Shown piece by piece: positions 1 through 12,869 of a stretch of 64,000 nt of DNA (positions are counted from its first letter, which is position 1; each line of letters begins with the position of its first letter). The position numbers and the translations under genes were made by a program. This stretch comes from Eledone cirrhosa (Eukaryota): contig OZ024744.1 of NCBI GenBank assembly GCA_964016885.1, positions 24,366,001-24,430,000 on the forward strand, given 5' to 3'. The notes under the pieces were generated by a model. That model did not search any database. It was given only the letters and a program-made list of their open reading frames with translations, and was not told the DNA's origin.

Positions 1-3000
1 TCGTTTTAACAACAGTTGAATCTTAAGAACTGACTCGTTTTATCAACAGTTCAACCTTAAGAACTGACTCATTTTAACAACAGTTGAATCTTCAAATAAA
101 ACTCGTTTTAACAACAGTTGAATGTTAAGAACTGATTCGTTTTAACAACAGCTGAATCTTAAGATAAACTCGTTTTAACAACAGTTGAATCTTAAGATAA
201 ACCTCGTTTTAACAACAGTTTAATCTTAAGAACTGACTCGTTTTAACAACAGTTGAATCTTAAGATAAAATTCGTTTTAACAACAGTTGAATCTTAAGAA
301 CTGATTCGTTTTAACAACAGTTGAATCTTAAGATAAAACTCGTTTTAACAACAGTTGAATCTTAAGAACTGATTCGTATTAACAACAGTTGAATATTAAG
401 ATAAAACTCGTTTTAACAACAGTTAAATCTTAAGAACTGACTCGTTTTAACAACAGTTGAATCTTAAGATAAAACTCGTTTTAACAACAGTTAAATCTTA
501 AGAACTGTCTCGTTTTAACAACAGTTGAATCTTAAGAACTGACTCGTTTTAACAACAGTTGAATCTTATGATAAGACTCATTTTAACAACAGTTGAATCT
601 TAAGATAAAACTCGTTTTAACAACAGTTGAATCTTAAGAACTGACTCGTTTTAACAACAGTTGAATCTTAAGATAAAACTCGTTTTAACAACAGTTGAAT
701 CTTAAGAACTGACTCGTTTTAACAACAGTTGAATCTTAAGAACTTACTCGTTTTATAAACAGTTCAACCTTAAGAACTTACTCGTTTTAACAACAGTTGA
801 ATATTAAGAACTGATTCGTTTTAACAGCAGTTGAATCTTAATATAAAACTCGTTTTAACAACAGTTGAATCTTAAGATAAAACTTGTTTTAACAACAGTT
901 GAATCTTAAGAACTGACTCGTTTTAATAACAGTTGAATCTTAAGATAGAACTCGTTTTAACAACAGTTGAATCTTAAGAACTGACTCGTTTTAACAACAG
1001 CTGAATTTTAAGATAAAACTCGTTTTAACAACAGTTGAATCTTAAGAACTGACTCGTTTTATCAACAGTTCAACCTTAAGAACTGACTCATTTTAACAAC
1101 AGATGAATCTTCAAATAAAACTCGTTTTAACAACAGTTGAATGTTAAGAACTGAATCGTTTTAACAACAGCTGAATCTTAAGATAAACTCGTTTTAACAA
1201 CAGTTGAATCTTAAGATAAACCTCGTTTTAACAACAGTTTAATCTTAAGAACTGAATCGTTTTAACAACAGTTGAATCTTAAGATAAAATTCGTTTTAAC
1301 AATAGTTGAATCTTAAGAACTGATTCGTTTTAACAACAGTTCAAACTTAAGAACTGACTCGTTTTAACAACAGCTGAATCTTCAGATGAAACTCGTTTTA
1401 ACAACAGTTGAATATTAAGAACTGACTCATTTTAACAACAGTTGAATCTTAAGATAAAACATCATTTTAACAACAGTTGAATCTTAAAATAAAACTCGTT
1501 TTAACAACAGTTGAATCTTAAGAACTGACTCGTTTTAACAACAGTTGAATCTTAAGAACTGACTCGTTTTAACAACAGTTCAACCTTAAGAACTGACTCG
1601 TTTTAACAACAGTTGAATCTTAAGATAAAATTCGTGTTAACAATAGTTGAATCTTAAGAACTGATTCGTTTTAACAACAGTTGAATCTTAAGAACTGACT
1701 CATTTTAACAACAGTTGAATCTTAAGATAAAACATCATTTTAACAACAGTTGAATCTTAAAATAAAACTCGTTTTAACAACAGTTGAATCTTAAGAACTG
1801 ACTCGTTTTAACAACAGTTGAATCGTAAGATAAAACTCGTTTTAACAACAGTTGAATCTTAAGAACTGACTCGTTTTAACAACAGTTCAACCTTAAGAAC
1901 TGACTCGTTTTAACAACTGTTGAATCTTCAAATAAAACTCGTTTTAACAACAGTTGAATCTTAAGAATTGACTCGTTTTAACAACAATTAAATCTTAAGA
2001 CAAAACCCATTTTAACAACAGTTGAATCTTAAGAACTGACTCGTTTTAACAACAGTTGAATCTTAAGATAAAATTCGTTTTAACAACAGTTGAATCTTAA
2101 GAACTGACTCGTTTTAACAGCAGCTGAATCTTATGATACAACTCGTTTTAACAACAGTTGAATCTTAAGAACTGACTCGTTTTAACAACAGTTCAACCTT
2201 AAGAACTGACTGGTTTTAAAACAGTTGAATCTTAAGACAACACTCGTTTTAACAACAGTTGAATCTTAAGAACTGACTCGTTTTAACAACAGTTGAATCT
2301 TAAGATAAACCTCGTTTTAACAACAGTTTAATCTTAAGAACTGACTCGTTGTAACAACAGTTGAATCTTAAGAACTTATTCGTTTTAACAACAGTTCAAA
2401 CTTAAGAACAGACTCGTATTAACAACAGTTGAATCTTATTATAAAACTCATTTTAACAACAGTTGAATCTTAAGAACTGATTCGTGTTAACAACAGATGA
2501 ATCTTAAGATAAACCTCGTTTTAACAACAGTTGCATCTTAAGAACTGGCTCGTTTAAACAACAGTTGAATCTTAAGAACTGACTCGTTTTAACAACAGTT
2601 GAATCTTCAAATAAAACTCGTTTTTACAACCGTTGAATCTTAAGAACTGACTCCTTTTATCAACATTTCAACCTTAAGAACTGACTCGTTTTAACAACAG
2701 TTGAATCTTCAAATAAAACTCGTTTTAACAACAGTTGAATCGTAAGAACTGACTCGTTTTAACAACAGTTAAATCTTAAGAAGTGACTCGTTTTAAAAAC
2801 AATTGAATCATAAGATAAACCTCGTTTTAACAACAGTTGAATCTTAAGAACTGACTCGTTTTAACAACAGTTGAATCCTAAGATAACATTCGTTTTAACA
2901 ACAGTTGAATCTTAAGAACTGACTCGTTATAACGACAGTTGAATGTTAAAATAAACCTCGTTTTAAAAACAGTTGAATCTTAAGAACTGACTCATTTTAA

Positions 3001-3599
3001 CAACAGTTGAATCTTAAGATAAAACATCATTTTAACAACAGTTGAATCTTAAAATAAAACTCGTTTTAACAACAGTTGAATCTTAAGAACTGACTCGTTT
3101 TAACAACAGTTGAATCGTAAGATAAAACTCGTTTTAACAACAGTTGAATCTTAAAATAAAACTCGTTTTAACAACAGTTGAATCTTAAGAACTGACTCGT
3201 TTTAACAACAGCTGAATCTTAAGATAAAACTCGTTTTAACAACAGTTGAATCTTAAGAACTGACTCGTTTTAACAACAGTTCAACCTTAAGAACTGACTC
3301 GTTTTAACAACAGTTGAATCTTAAGAATTGACTCGTTTTAACAACAATTGAATCTTAAGACAAAACCCGTTTTAACAACAGTTGAATCTTAAGAACTGAC
3401 TCGTTTTAACAACAGTTGAATCTTAAGATAAAATTCGTTTTAACAACAGTTGAATCTTAAGAACTTATTCGTTTTAACAACAGTTCAAACTTAAGAACAG
3501 ACTCGTATTAACAACAGTTGAATCTTATTATAAAACTCATTTTAACAACAGTTCAAACTTAAGAACTGACTCGTTTTAACAACAGTTGAATCTTCAAAT

Positions 3600-6500
3600 A
3601 AACCTCGTTTTAACAACAGTTGAATCTTAAGAACTGACTCGTTTTAACAACAGTTGAATCTTCAAATAAAACTCGTTTTAACAACAGTTTAATCGTGAGA
3701 ACTGACTCGTTTTAACAACAGTTGAATCTTAAGAACTGACTCGTTTAAACAACAGTACCACCTTAAGAACTGACTAGTTTTAACAACAGTTGAATCTTAA
3801 AATAAAACTCGTTTCAACAACATTTGAATCTTAAGAACTGACTCGTTTTAACAACGGTTGAATCTTAACATAAAACTGGTTTTAAGAACAGTTGAATCTT
3901 AAGAAGTGACTCGTTTTAAAAACAATTGAATCATAAGATAAACCTCGTATTAACAACAGTTGAATCTTAAGAACTGACTCGTTTTAACAACAGTTGAATC
4001 CTAAGATAACATTCGTTTTAACAACAGTTGAATCTTAAGAACTGACTCGTTATAACGAAAGTTGAATCTTAAAATAAACCTCGTTTTAACAACAGTTGAA
4101 TCTTAAGAACTGACTCATTTTAACAACAGTTGAATCTTAAGATAAAACATCATTTTAACAACAGTTGAATCTTAAAATAAAACTCGTTTTAACAACAGTT
4201 GAATCTTAAGAACTGACTCGTTTTAACAACAGTTGAATCTTAAGAACTGACTCGTTTTAACAACAGTTGAATCTTAAGATAAAACTCGTTTTAACAACAG
4301 TTGAATCTTAAGAACTGACTCGTTTAAACAACAGTACCACCTTAAGAACTGACTAGTTTTAACAACAGTTGAATCTTAAAATAAAACTCGTTTCAACAAC
4401 ATTTGAATCTTAAGAACTGACTCGTTTTAACAACAGTTGAATCTTAAGAACTGACTCGTTTTAACAACAATTCAACCTTAAGAACTGACTCGTTTTAACA
4501 ACAGTTGAATCTTAAGAACTGACTCGTTTTAACAACAGTTGAATCTTAAGATAAAACTCGTTTTAACAACAGTTGAATCTTAAGAACTGACTCGTTTTCA
4601 CAACAGCTGAATCTTAAGATAAAACTCGTTTTAACAACAGTTGAATCTTAAGAACTGACTCGTTTTAACAACAGTTCAACCTTAAGAACTGACTCGTTTT
4701 AACAACAGTTGAATCTTCAAATAAAACTCGTTTTAAAAACAGTTGAATCTTAAGAATTGACTCGTTTTAACAACAGTTGAATCTTAAGACAAAACCCGTT
4801 TTAACAACAGTTGAATCTTATGAACTGACTCGTTTTAACAACAGTTGATTCTTAAGATAAAATTCGTTTTAACAACAGTTGAATCTTAAGAACTGATTCG
4901 TTTTAACAACAGTTCAAACTTAAGAACAGACTCGTATTAACAACAGTTGAATCTTATTATAAAACTCATTTTAACAACAGTTCAACCTTAAGAACTGACT
5001 CGTTTTAACAACAGTTGAATCTTCAAATAAACCTCGTTTTAACGACAGTTGCATCTTAAGAACTGGCTCGTTTAAACAACAGTTGAATCTTAAGATAAAA
5101 CTCGTTTTAACAACAGTTGAATCTTAAGAACTGACTCGTTTTATCAACATTTCAACCTTAAGAACTGACTCGTTTTAACAACAGTTGAATCTTCAAATAA
5201 AACTCGTTTTAACAACAGTTTAATCTTAAGAACTGATTCGTTTTAACAACAGTTGAATCTTAAGATAAAACTCGTTTTAACAACAGTTTAATCTTAAGAA
5301 CTGACTCGTTTTAACAAAAGTTGAATCTTAAGATAAAATTCGTTTTAACAACAGTTGAATCTTAAAACTGACTCGTTTTAACAACAGTTGAATCTTAAGA
5401 CAAAACCCGTTTTAACAACAGTTGAATCTTAAGAAGTGTACTCGTTTTAACAACAGTTGAATCTTAAGATAAACCTCGTTTTAACAACAGTTTAATCTTA
5501 AGAACTGACTCGTTTTAATAACAGTTGAATCTTAAGATAAAACTCGTGTTAACAACAGTTGAATCTTAAGAATTGACTCGTTTTAACAACAGTTGAATCT
5601 TAAGACAAAACCCGTTTTAACAACAGTTGAATCTTAAGAACTGACTCGTTTTAACAACAGTTGAATCTTAAGATAAACCTCGTTTTAACAACAGTTTAAT
5701 CTTAAGAATTGACTCGTTTTAACAACAGGTGAATATTAAGATAATATTCATTTTAACAACAGTTGAATCTTAAAACTTATTCGTTTTAACAACAGTTCAA
5801 ACTTAAGAACTGATTCGTTTTAACAACAGTTGAATCTTATGATGAAACTGGTTTTAACAACAGTTGAGTCTTAGAGAACTGACACGTTTTAACAACAGTT
5901 GAATCCTAAGAACTGACTCGTTTTAACAACAGATGAATCTTAAGAACTGACTCGTTTTAACAACAGTTGAATCTTCAGATAAAACTCGTTTTAACAACAG
6001 TTGAATCTTAAGAACTGACTCGTTTTAACAACAGTTCAATCTTAAGATAAAACTCGTTTTAACAACAGTTGAATCTTAAGAACTGACTCGTATTAACAAC
6101 GGTTGAATCTTAAGATAAAACTCGTTTTTACAACAGTTGAATCTTTAGAACTGACTCGTTTTAACAACAGTTGAATCTTAAGATAGCCCTCGTTTTAACA
6201 ACAGTTTAATCTTAAGAACTGACTCGTTTTAACAACAGTTGAATCTTAAGATAACATTCGTTTTAACAACAGTTGAATCTTAAGAACTTATTCGTTTTAA
6301 CAACAGTTCAAACTTAAGAACATACTCGTATTAACAACAGTTGAATCTTATTATAAAACTCATTTTAACAACAGTTGAATCTTAAGAACTTATTCGTGTT
6401 AACAACAGATGAATCTTAAGATAAACCTCGTTTTAACAACAGTTGCATCTTATGAACTGGCTCGTTTAAACAACAGTTGAATCTTATGATACAACTCGTT

Positions 6501-9500
6501 TTAACAACGGTTGAATCTTAAGAACTTACTCGTTTTAACAACAATTGAATCTTAAGATAAAACTCGTTTTAACAACAGTTGAATCTTAAGAACTCACTCG
6601 TTTTAACAACAGTTGAATCTTAAGATAGCCCTCGTTTTAACAACAGTTTAATCTTAAGAACTGACTCGTTTTAACAACAGTTGAATCTTAAGATAAAATT
6701 CGTTTTAACAACAGTTGAATCTTAAGAACTTATTCGTTTTAACAACAGTTCAAACTTAAGAACAGACTCGTATTAACAACAGTTGAATCTTATTATAAAA
6801 CTCATTTCAACAACAGTGGAATCTTAAGAACTGATTCGTGTTAACAACAGATGAATCTTAAGATAAACCTCGTTTTAGCAACAGTTGCATCTTAAGAACT
6901 GGCTCGTTTAAACAACAGTTGAATCTTAAGATAAAACTCGTTTTAACAACAGTTGAATCTTAAGAACTGACTCGTTTTAACAACAGTTGAATCTTAAGAT
7001 AAAACACCATTTTAACAAAAGTTGAATCTTAAAATAAAACTCGTTTTAACAACAGTTGAATCTTAAGAACTGCCTCGTGTTAACAACAGTTGAATCTGAA
7101 GAACTGATTCGTTTTAACAACAGTTGAATCTTAAGAACTGACTCGTTTTAACAACAGTTGAATCTTAAGAACTGACTCGTTTTAACAACAGATGAATCTT
7201 AAGATAAAACTGGTTTTAACAACAGTTGAATCTTAAGAACTGACTCGTTTTAACAACAGTTGAATCTGAAGAACTGACTCGTTTTAACAACACTTGTATC
7301 TTATGATACAACTCGTTTTAACAACAGTTGAATCTTAAGAACTGACTCGTTTTAACAACACTTGTATCTTATGATACAACTCGTTTTAACAACAGTTGAA
7401 TCTTAAGAACTGACTCGTTTTAACAGCAATTGAATCTAAAGACGAAACTCGTTTTAACAACAGTTGAATCTTAAGAACTGACTCGTTTTAACAACAGTTC
7501 AACCTTAAGAACTGACTGGTTTTAAAACAGTTGAATCTTAAGATAACACTCGTTTTAACAACAGTTGAATCTTATAATAAAACTCGTTTTAACCACAGAT
7601 GATTCTCAAGAACTGACTCGTTTTAACAACAGTTGAATCTTAAAATAAAACTCGTTTTAACAACAGTTGAATCTTAAAATAAAACTCGTTTTAACAACAG
7701 TTGAATCGTAAGAACTGACTCTTTTTAACAACAGTACAACCTTAAGAACTGACTAGTTTTAACAACAGTTGAATCTTAAAATAAAACTCGTTTTAACAAC
7801 ATTTGAATCTTAAGAACTGACTCGTTTTAACAACGGTTGAATCAAACATAAAACTGGTTTTAACAACAGTTGAATCTTAAGAAGTGACTCGTTTTAAAAA
7901 CAATTGAATCATAAGATAAACCTCGTTTTAACAACAGTTGAATCTTAAGAACTGACTCGTTTTAACAACAGTTGAATCCTAAGATAACATTCGTTTTAAC
8001 AACAGTTGAATCTTAAGAACTGACTCGTTATAACGACAGTTGAATCTTAAGATAAACCTCGTTTTAACAACAGTTGAATCTTAAGAACTGACTCATTTTA
8101 ACAACAGTTGAATCTTAAGATAAAACATCATTTTAACAACAGTTGAATCTTAAAATAAAACTCGTTTTAACAACAGTTGAATCTTAAGAACTGACTCGTT
8201 TTAACAACAGTTGAATCTTAAGAACTGACTCGTTTTAACAACAATTCAACCTTAAGAACTGACTCGTTTTAAAACAATTGAATCTTAAGATAACACTCGT
8301 TTTAACAACAGTTGAATCTTCAGAACTGACTCGTTTTAAAAACAGTTGAATCTTAAGATAATACTCGTTTTAACAACAGTTGAATCTTAAGAAGTGACTC
8401 ATTTTAACAACAGTTGAATCTTAAGATAATCATCATTTTAACAACAATAGAATCTTAAAATAAAACTCGTTTTAACAACAGTTGAATCTTAAGAACTGAC
8501 TCGTTTTAACAATAGTACAACCTTAAGAACTGACTCGTTGTAAAACAGTTGAATCTTAAGATAACACTCGTTTTAACAACAGTTGAATCTTCAGAACTGA
8601 CTCGTTTTAAGAACAGTTGAATCTTAAGATAACACTCGTTTTAACAACAATTGAATCTTAAGAACTGACTCGTTTTAACAACAATTGAATCTTAAGATAA
8701 AGCTCGTTTTAACAAAAGTTGAATCTGAAGAACTTACTCGTTTTAACAAGAGTTGAATCTTAAGAACTGACTCGTTTTAACAACAATTCATCCTTAAGAA
8801 CTGACTCGTTTTAACAACAGTTGAATCCTAAAATAAAACTCGTTTTAACAACAGTTGAATCTTAAGAACTGACTCGTTTTAACAACAGTTGAATCTGAAG
8901 AAGTGACTCGTTTTAACAACAGTTGAATCTTAAGAACTGGCTCGTTTTAACAACGGTTGAATCTTAAGAACTGACTCGTTTTAACAACAGTTGAATCTTA
9001 AGATAAAACATCATTTTAACAACAGTTGAATCTTAAAATAAAACTCGTTTTAACAACAGTTGAATCTCAAGAACTGCCTTGTGTTAACAACAGTTGAATC
9101 TTAAGAACTAATTCGTTTTAACAGCAGTTGAATCTTAAGAACTGACTCGTTTTAACAACAGTTGAATTTTAAGAACTGACTCGTTTTAACAACTGATGAA
9201 TATTAAGATAAAACTAGTTTTAACAACAGTTGAATCTTAAGAACTGACTCGTTTTAACAACAGTTGAATCTGAAGAACTGACTCGTTTTAACAACAATTG
9301 TATCTTATGATACAACTCGTTTTAACAACAGTTGAATATTAAGAACTGACTCGTTTTAACAGTAATTGAATCTTGAGATAAAACTCGTTTTAACAACAGT
9401 TAAATCTTAAGAACTGATTCGTTTTAACAACAATTGAATCTTAAGACAAAACTCGTTTTAACAACAGTTGAGTCTTAAGAACTGACTCGTTTTAACAACA

Positions 9501-11520
9501 GTTCAACCTTAAGAACTGACTGGTTTTAAAACAGTTGAATCTTAAGATAACACTCGTTTTAACAACAGTTGAATCTTAAAATAAAACTCGTTTTAACAAC
9601 AGATGATTCTCAAGAACTGGCTCGTTTTAACAACTGTTGAATCTTAAGATAAACATCGTTTTAACAATAGTTGAATCTTAAGAACTGACTCGTTTTAACA
9701 ACAGTTCAACCTTAAGAAGTGATTAGTTTTAACAACAGTTGAATCTTAAAATAAAACTAGTTTTAACAACATTTGAATCTTAAGAACGGACTCGTTTTAA
9801 CAACAGTTGAATCTTAACATAAAACTGGTTTTAACAACAGTTGAATCTTAAGAAGTGACTCGTTTTAACAACAGTTGAATCCTAAGATAACATTCGTTTT
9901 AACAACAGTTGAATCTTAAGAACTGACTCGTTATAACGACAGTTGAATCTTTAGATAAACCTCGTTTTAACAACAGTTGATTCTTAAGAACTGACTCATT
10001 TTAACAACAGTTGAATCTTAAGATAAAACATCATTTTAACAACAGTTGAATCTTAAAATAAAACTCGTTTTACCAACAGTTGAATCTTAAGAACTGACTC
10101 GTTTTAACAACAGTTGAATCTTAAGAACTGACTCGTTTTAACAACAATTCAACCTTAAGAACTAACTCGTTTTAAAACAGTTGAATCTTAAGATTACACT
10201 CGTTTTAACAACAGTTGAATCTTCAGAACTGACTCGTTTTAAAAACAGTTGAATCTTAACATAACACTCGTTTTAACAACAGTTGAATCTTAAGAGCTGA
10301 CTCGCTTTAACAACAGTTCAACCTTAAGAACTGACACGTTTTAACAACAGTTGAATCTTAAAATATAACTACTTTTAACAACAGTTGAATCTTAAGAACT
10401 GACTCGTTTTAACAACCGTTGACTCCTAAGAACTGACTCGTTTTAACAACTGATGAACCTTAAGATAAAACTCGTTTTAACAACAGTTGAATCTTAAGAA
10501 CTGACTCGTTTTAACAACAGTTGAATCTTAAGAACTGACTCGTTTTAACAACAGATGAATCTTAAGATAAAACTGGTTTTAACAACAGTTGAATCTTAAG
10601 AACTGACTCGTTTTAACAACAGTTGAATGTGAAGAACTGACTCGTTTTAACAACAATTGTATCTGAAGATAAAACTCGTTTAACAACAGTTGAATCTTAA
10701 GAACTGGCTCGTTTTAACAACACTTGTATCCTATGATACAACTCGTTTTAACAACAGTTGAATCTTAAGAACTGACTCGTTTTAACAGCAATTGAATCTT
10801 TAGACAAAACTCGTTTTAACAACAGTTGAATCTTAAGAACTGACTCGTTTTAACAGCAGTTCAACCTTAAGAACTGACTGGTTTTAAAACAGTTGAATCT
10901 TAAGATAACACTCGTTTTAACAACAGTTGAATCTTAAAATAAAACTCGTTTTAACAACAGATGATTCTCAAGAACTGACTCGTTTTAACAACAGTTGAAT
11001 CTTAAAATAAAACTCGTTTTAACAACAGTTGAATCGTAAGAACTGACTCGTTTTAACAACAGTTGAATCATAAGATAAAACTCGTTTCAACAACAGTTGA
11101 ATCTTAAGAACTGACTCGTTTTAACAACAGTACAACCTTAAGAACTGACTAGTTTTAACAACAGTTGAATCTTAAAATTAAACTCGTTTTAACAACATTT
11201 GAATCTTAAGAAGTGACTCGTTTTAAAAACAATTGAATCATAAGATAAACCTCGTTTTAACAACAGTTGAATCTTAAGAACTGACTCGTTTTAACAACAG
11301 TTGAATCCTAAGATAACATTCGTTTTAACAACAGTTGAATCTTAAAATAAAACTCGTTTTAACAACAATTCAACCTTAAGAACTGACTCGTTTTAAAACA
11401 GTTGAATCTTAAGATAACACTCGTTTTAACAACAGTTGAATCTTCAGAACTGACTCGTTTTAAAAACAGTTGAATCGTAAGATAACACTCGTTTTAACAA
11501 CAGTTGAATCTTAAGAACTG
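3600..11520. repeat. Higher-order block paralogous to ~54000-61870 (offset ~50.2-50.6 kb)
   Basis: Same ordered rare variants: GTACCACC 3755/54150 and 4334/54729, ATCAAACATA 7841/58268, AAGAGTTG 8748/59175, GAGCTGAC 10294/60619. Confidence 0.85.
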
Positions 11521-12869
11521 ACTCGTTTTAACAACAGTTGAATCTTCAAATAAAACTCGTTTAACAACAGTTGAATCTTAAGAATTGACTCGTTTTAACA
11601 ACAGTTGAATCTTAAGACAAAACCCGTTTTAACAACAGTTGAATCTTAAGAACTGACTCGTTTTAACAACAGTTGAATCTTAAGATAAAACTCGTTTTAA
11701 CAACAGTTGAATCTTAAGAACTGACTCGTTTTAACAACAGTTGAATCTTAAGAACTGACTCGTTTTATAAACAGTTCAACCTTAAGAACTGACTCGTTTT
11801 AACAACAGTTGAATCTTAAAAACTGACTCGTTTTAACCGCAGCTGAATCTTATAATACAACTCTTTTTAACAACAGTTGAATCTTAAGATAAAACTCGTT
11901 TTAACAACAGATGATTCTCAAGAACTAACTCGTTTTAACAACAGTTGAATCTTAAGATAAAACTCGTTTTAGCAACAGTTGAATCTTAAGAACTGACTCG
12001 TAATAACAACAATTGAATCTTAAGATAACATTCGTTTTAACAACAGTTGCGTCTTAAGAACTGATTCGTTTTAACGACAGTTGAATCTTAAGATAAACCT
12101 TGTTTTAACAACGGTTGAATCTTAAGAACTGACTCGTTTTATCAACAGTTCAACCTTAAGAACTGACTCATTTTAACAACAGTTGAATCTTCAAATAAAA
12201 CCCGTTTTAACAACAGTTGAATGTTAAGAACTGATTCGTTTTAACAACAGCTGAATCTTAAGATAAACTCGTTTTAACAACAGTTGAATCTTAAGATAAA
12301 CCTCGTTTTAACAACAGTTTAATCTTAAGAACTGACTCGTTTTAACAACAGTTGAATCTTAAGATAAAATTCGTTTTAACAACAGTTGAATCTTAAGAAC
12401 TGATTCGTGTTAACAACAGTTGAATCTTAAGAACTGACTCGTTTTAACAACAGTTGAATCTTAATATAAAACTCGTTTTAACAACAGTTGAATCTTAAGA
12501 ACTGTCTCGTTTTAACAACAGTTGAATCTTAAGAACTGACTCGTTTTAACAACAGTTGAATCTTAAGATAAAACTCGTTTTAACAACAGTTGAATCTTAA
12601 GAACTGACTCGTTTTAACAACAGTTGAATATTAAGAACTGATTCGTTTTAACAGCAGTTGAATCTTAATATAAAACTCGTTTTAACAACAGTTGAATCTT
12701 AAGATAAAACGTGTTTTAACAACAGTTGAATCTTAAGAACTGACTCGTTTTAATAACAGTTGAATCTTAAGATAGAACTCGTTTTAACAATAGTTGAATC
12801 TTAAGAACTGACTCGTTTTAACAACAGCTGAATTTTAAGATAAAACTCGTTTTAACAACAGTTGAATCT

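Noticed and set aside
1-34. loxP/FRT-like 34-bp recombinase site array
   Set aside because: Only the length matches. There is no 13-8-13 inverted-arm architecture or sequence similarity.
13-36. Transcription-factor motifs (E-box/Myb-like CAGTTG, AP-1/GCN4-like TGACTC) and TTAA or AflII (CTTAAG) sites in each monomer
   Set aside because: Matches of 4-6 bp are expected by chance and are multiplied by tandem amplification. Nothing in the sequence supports function.
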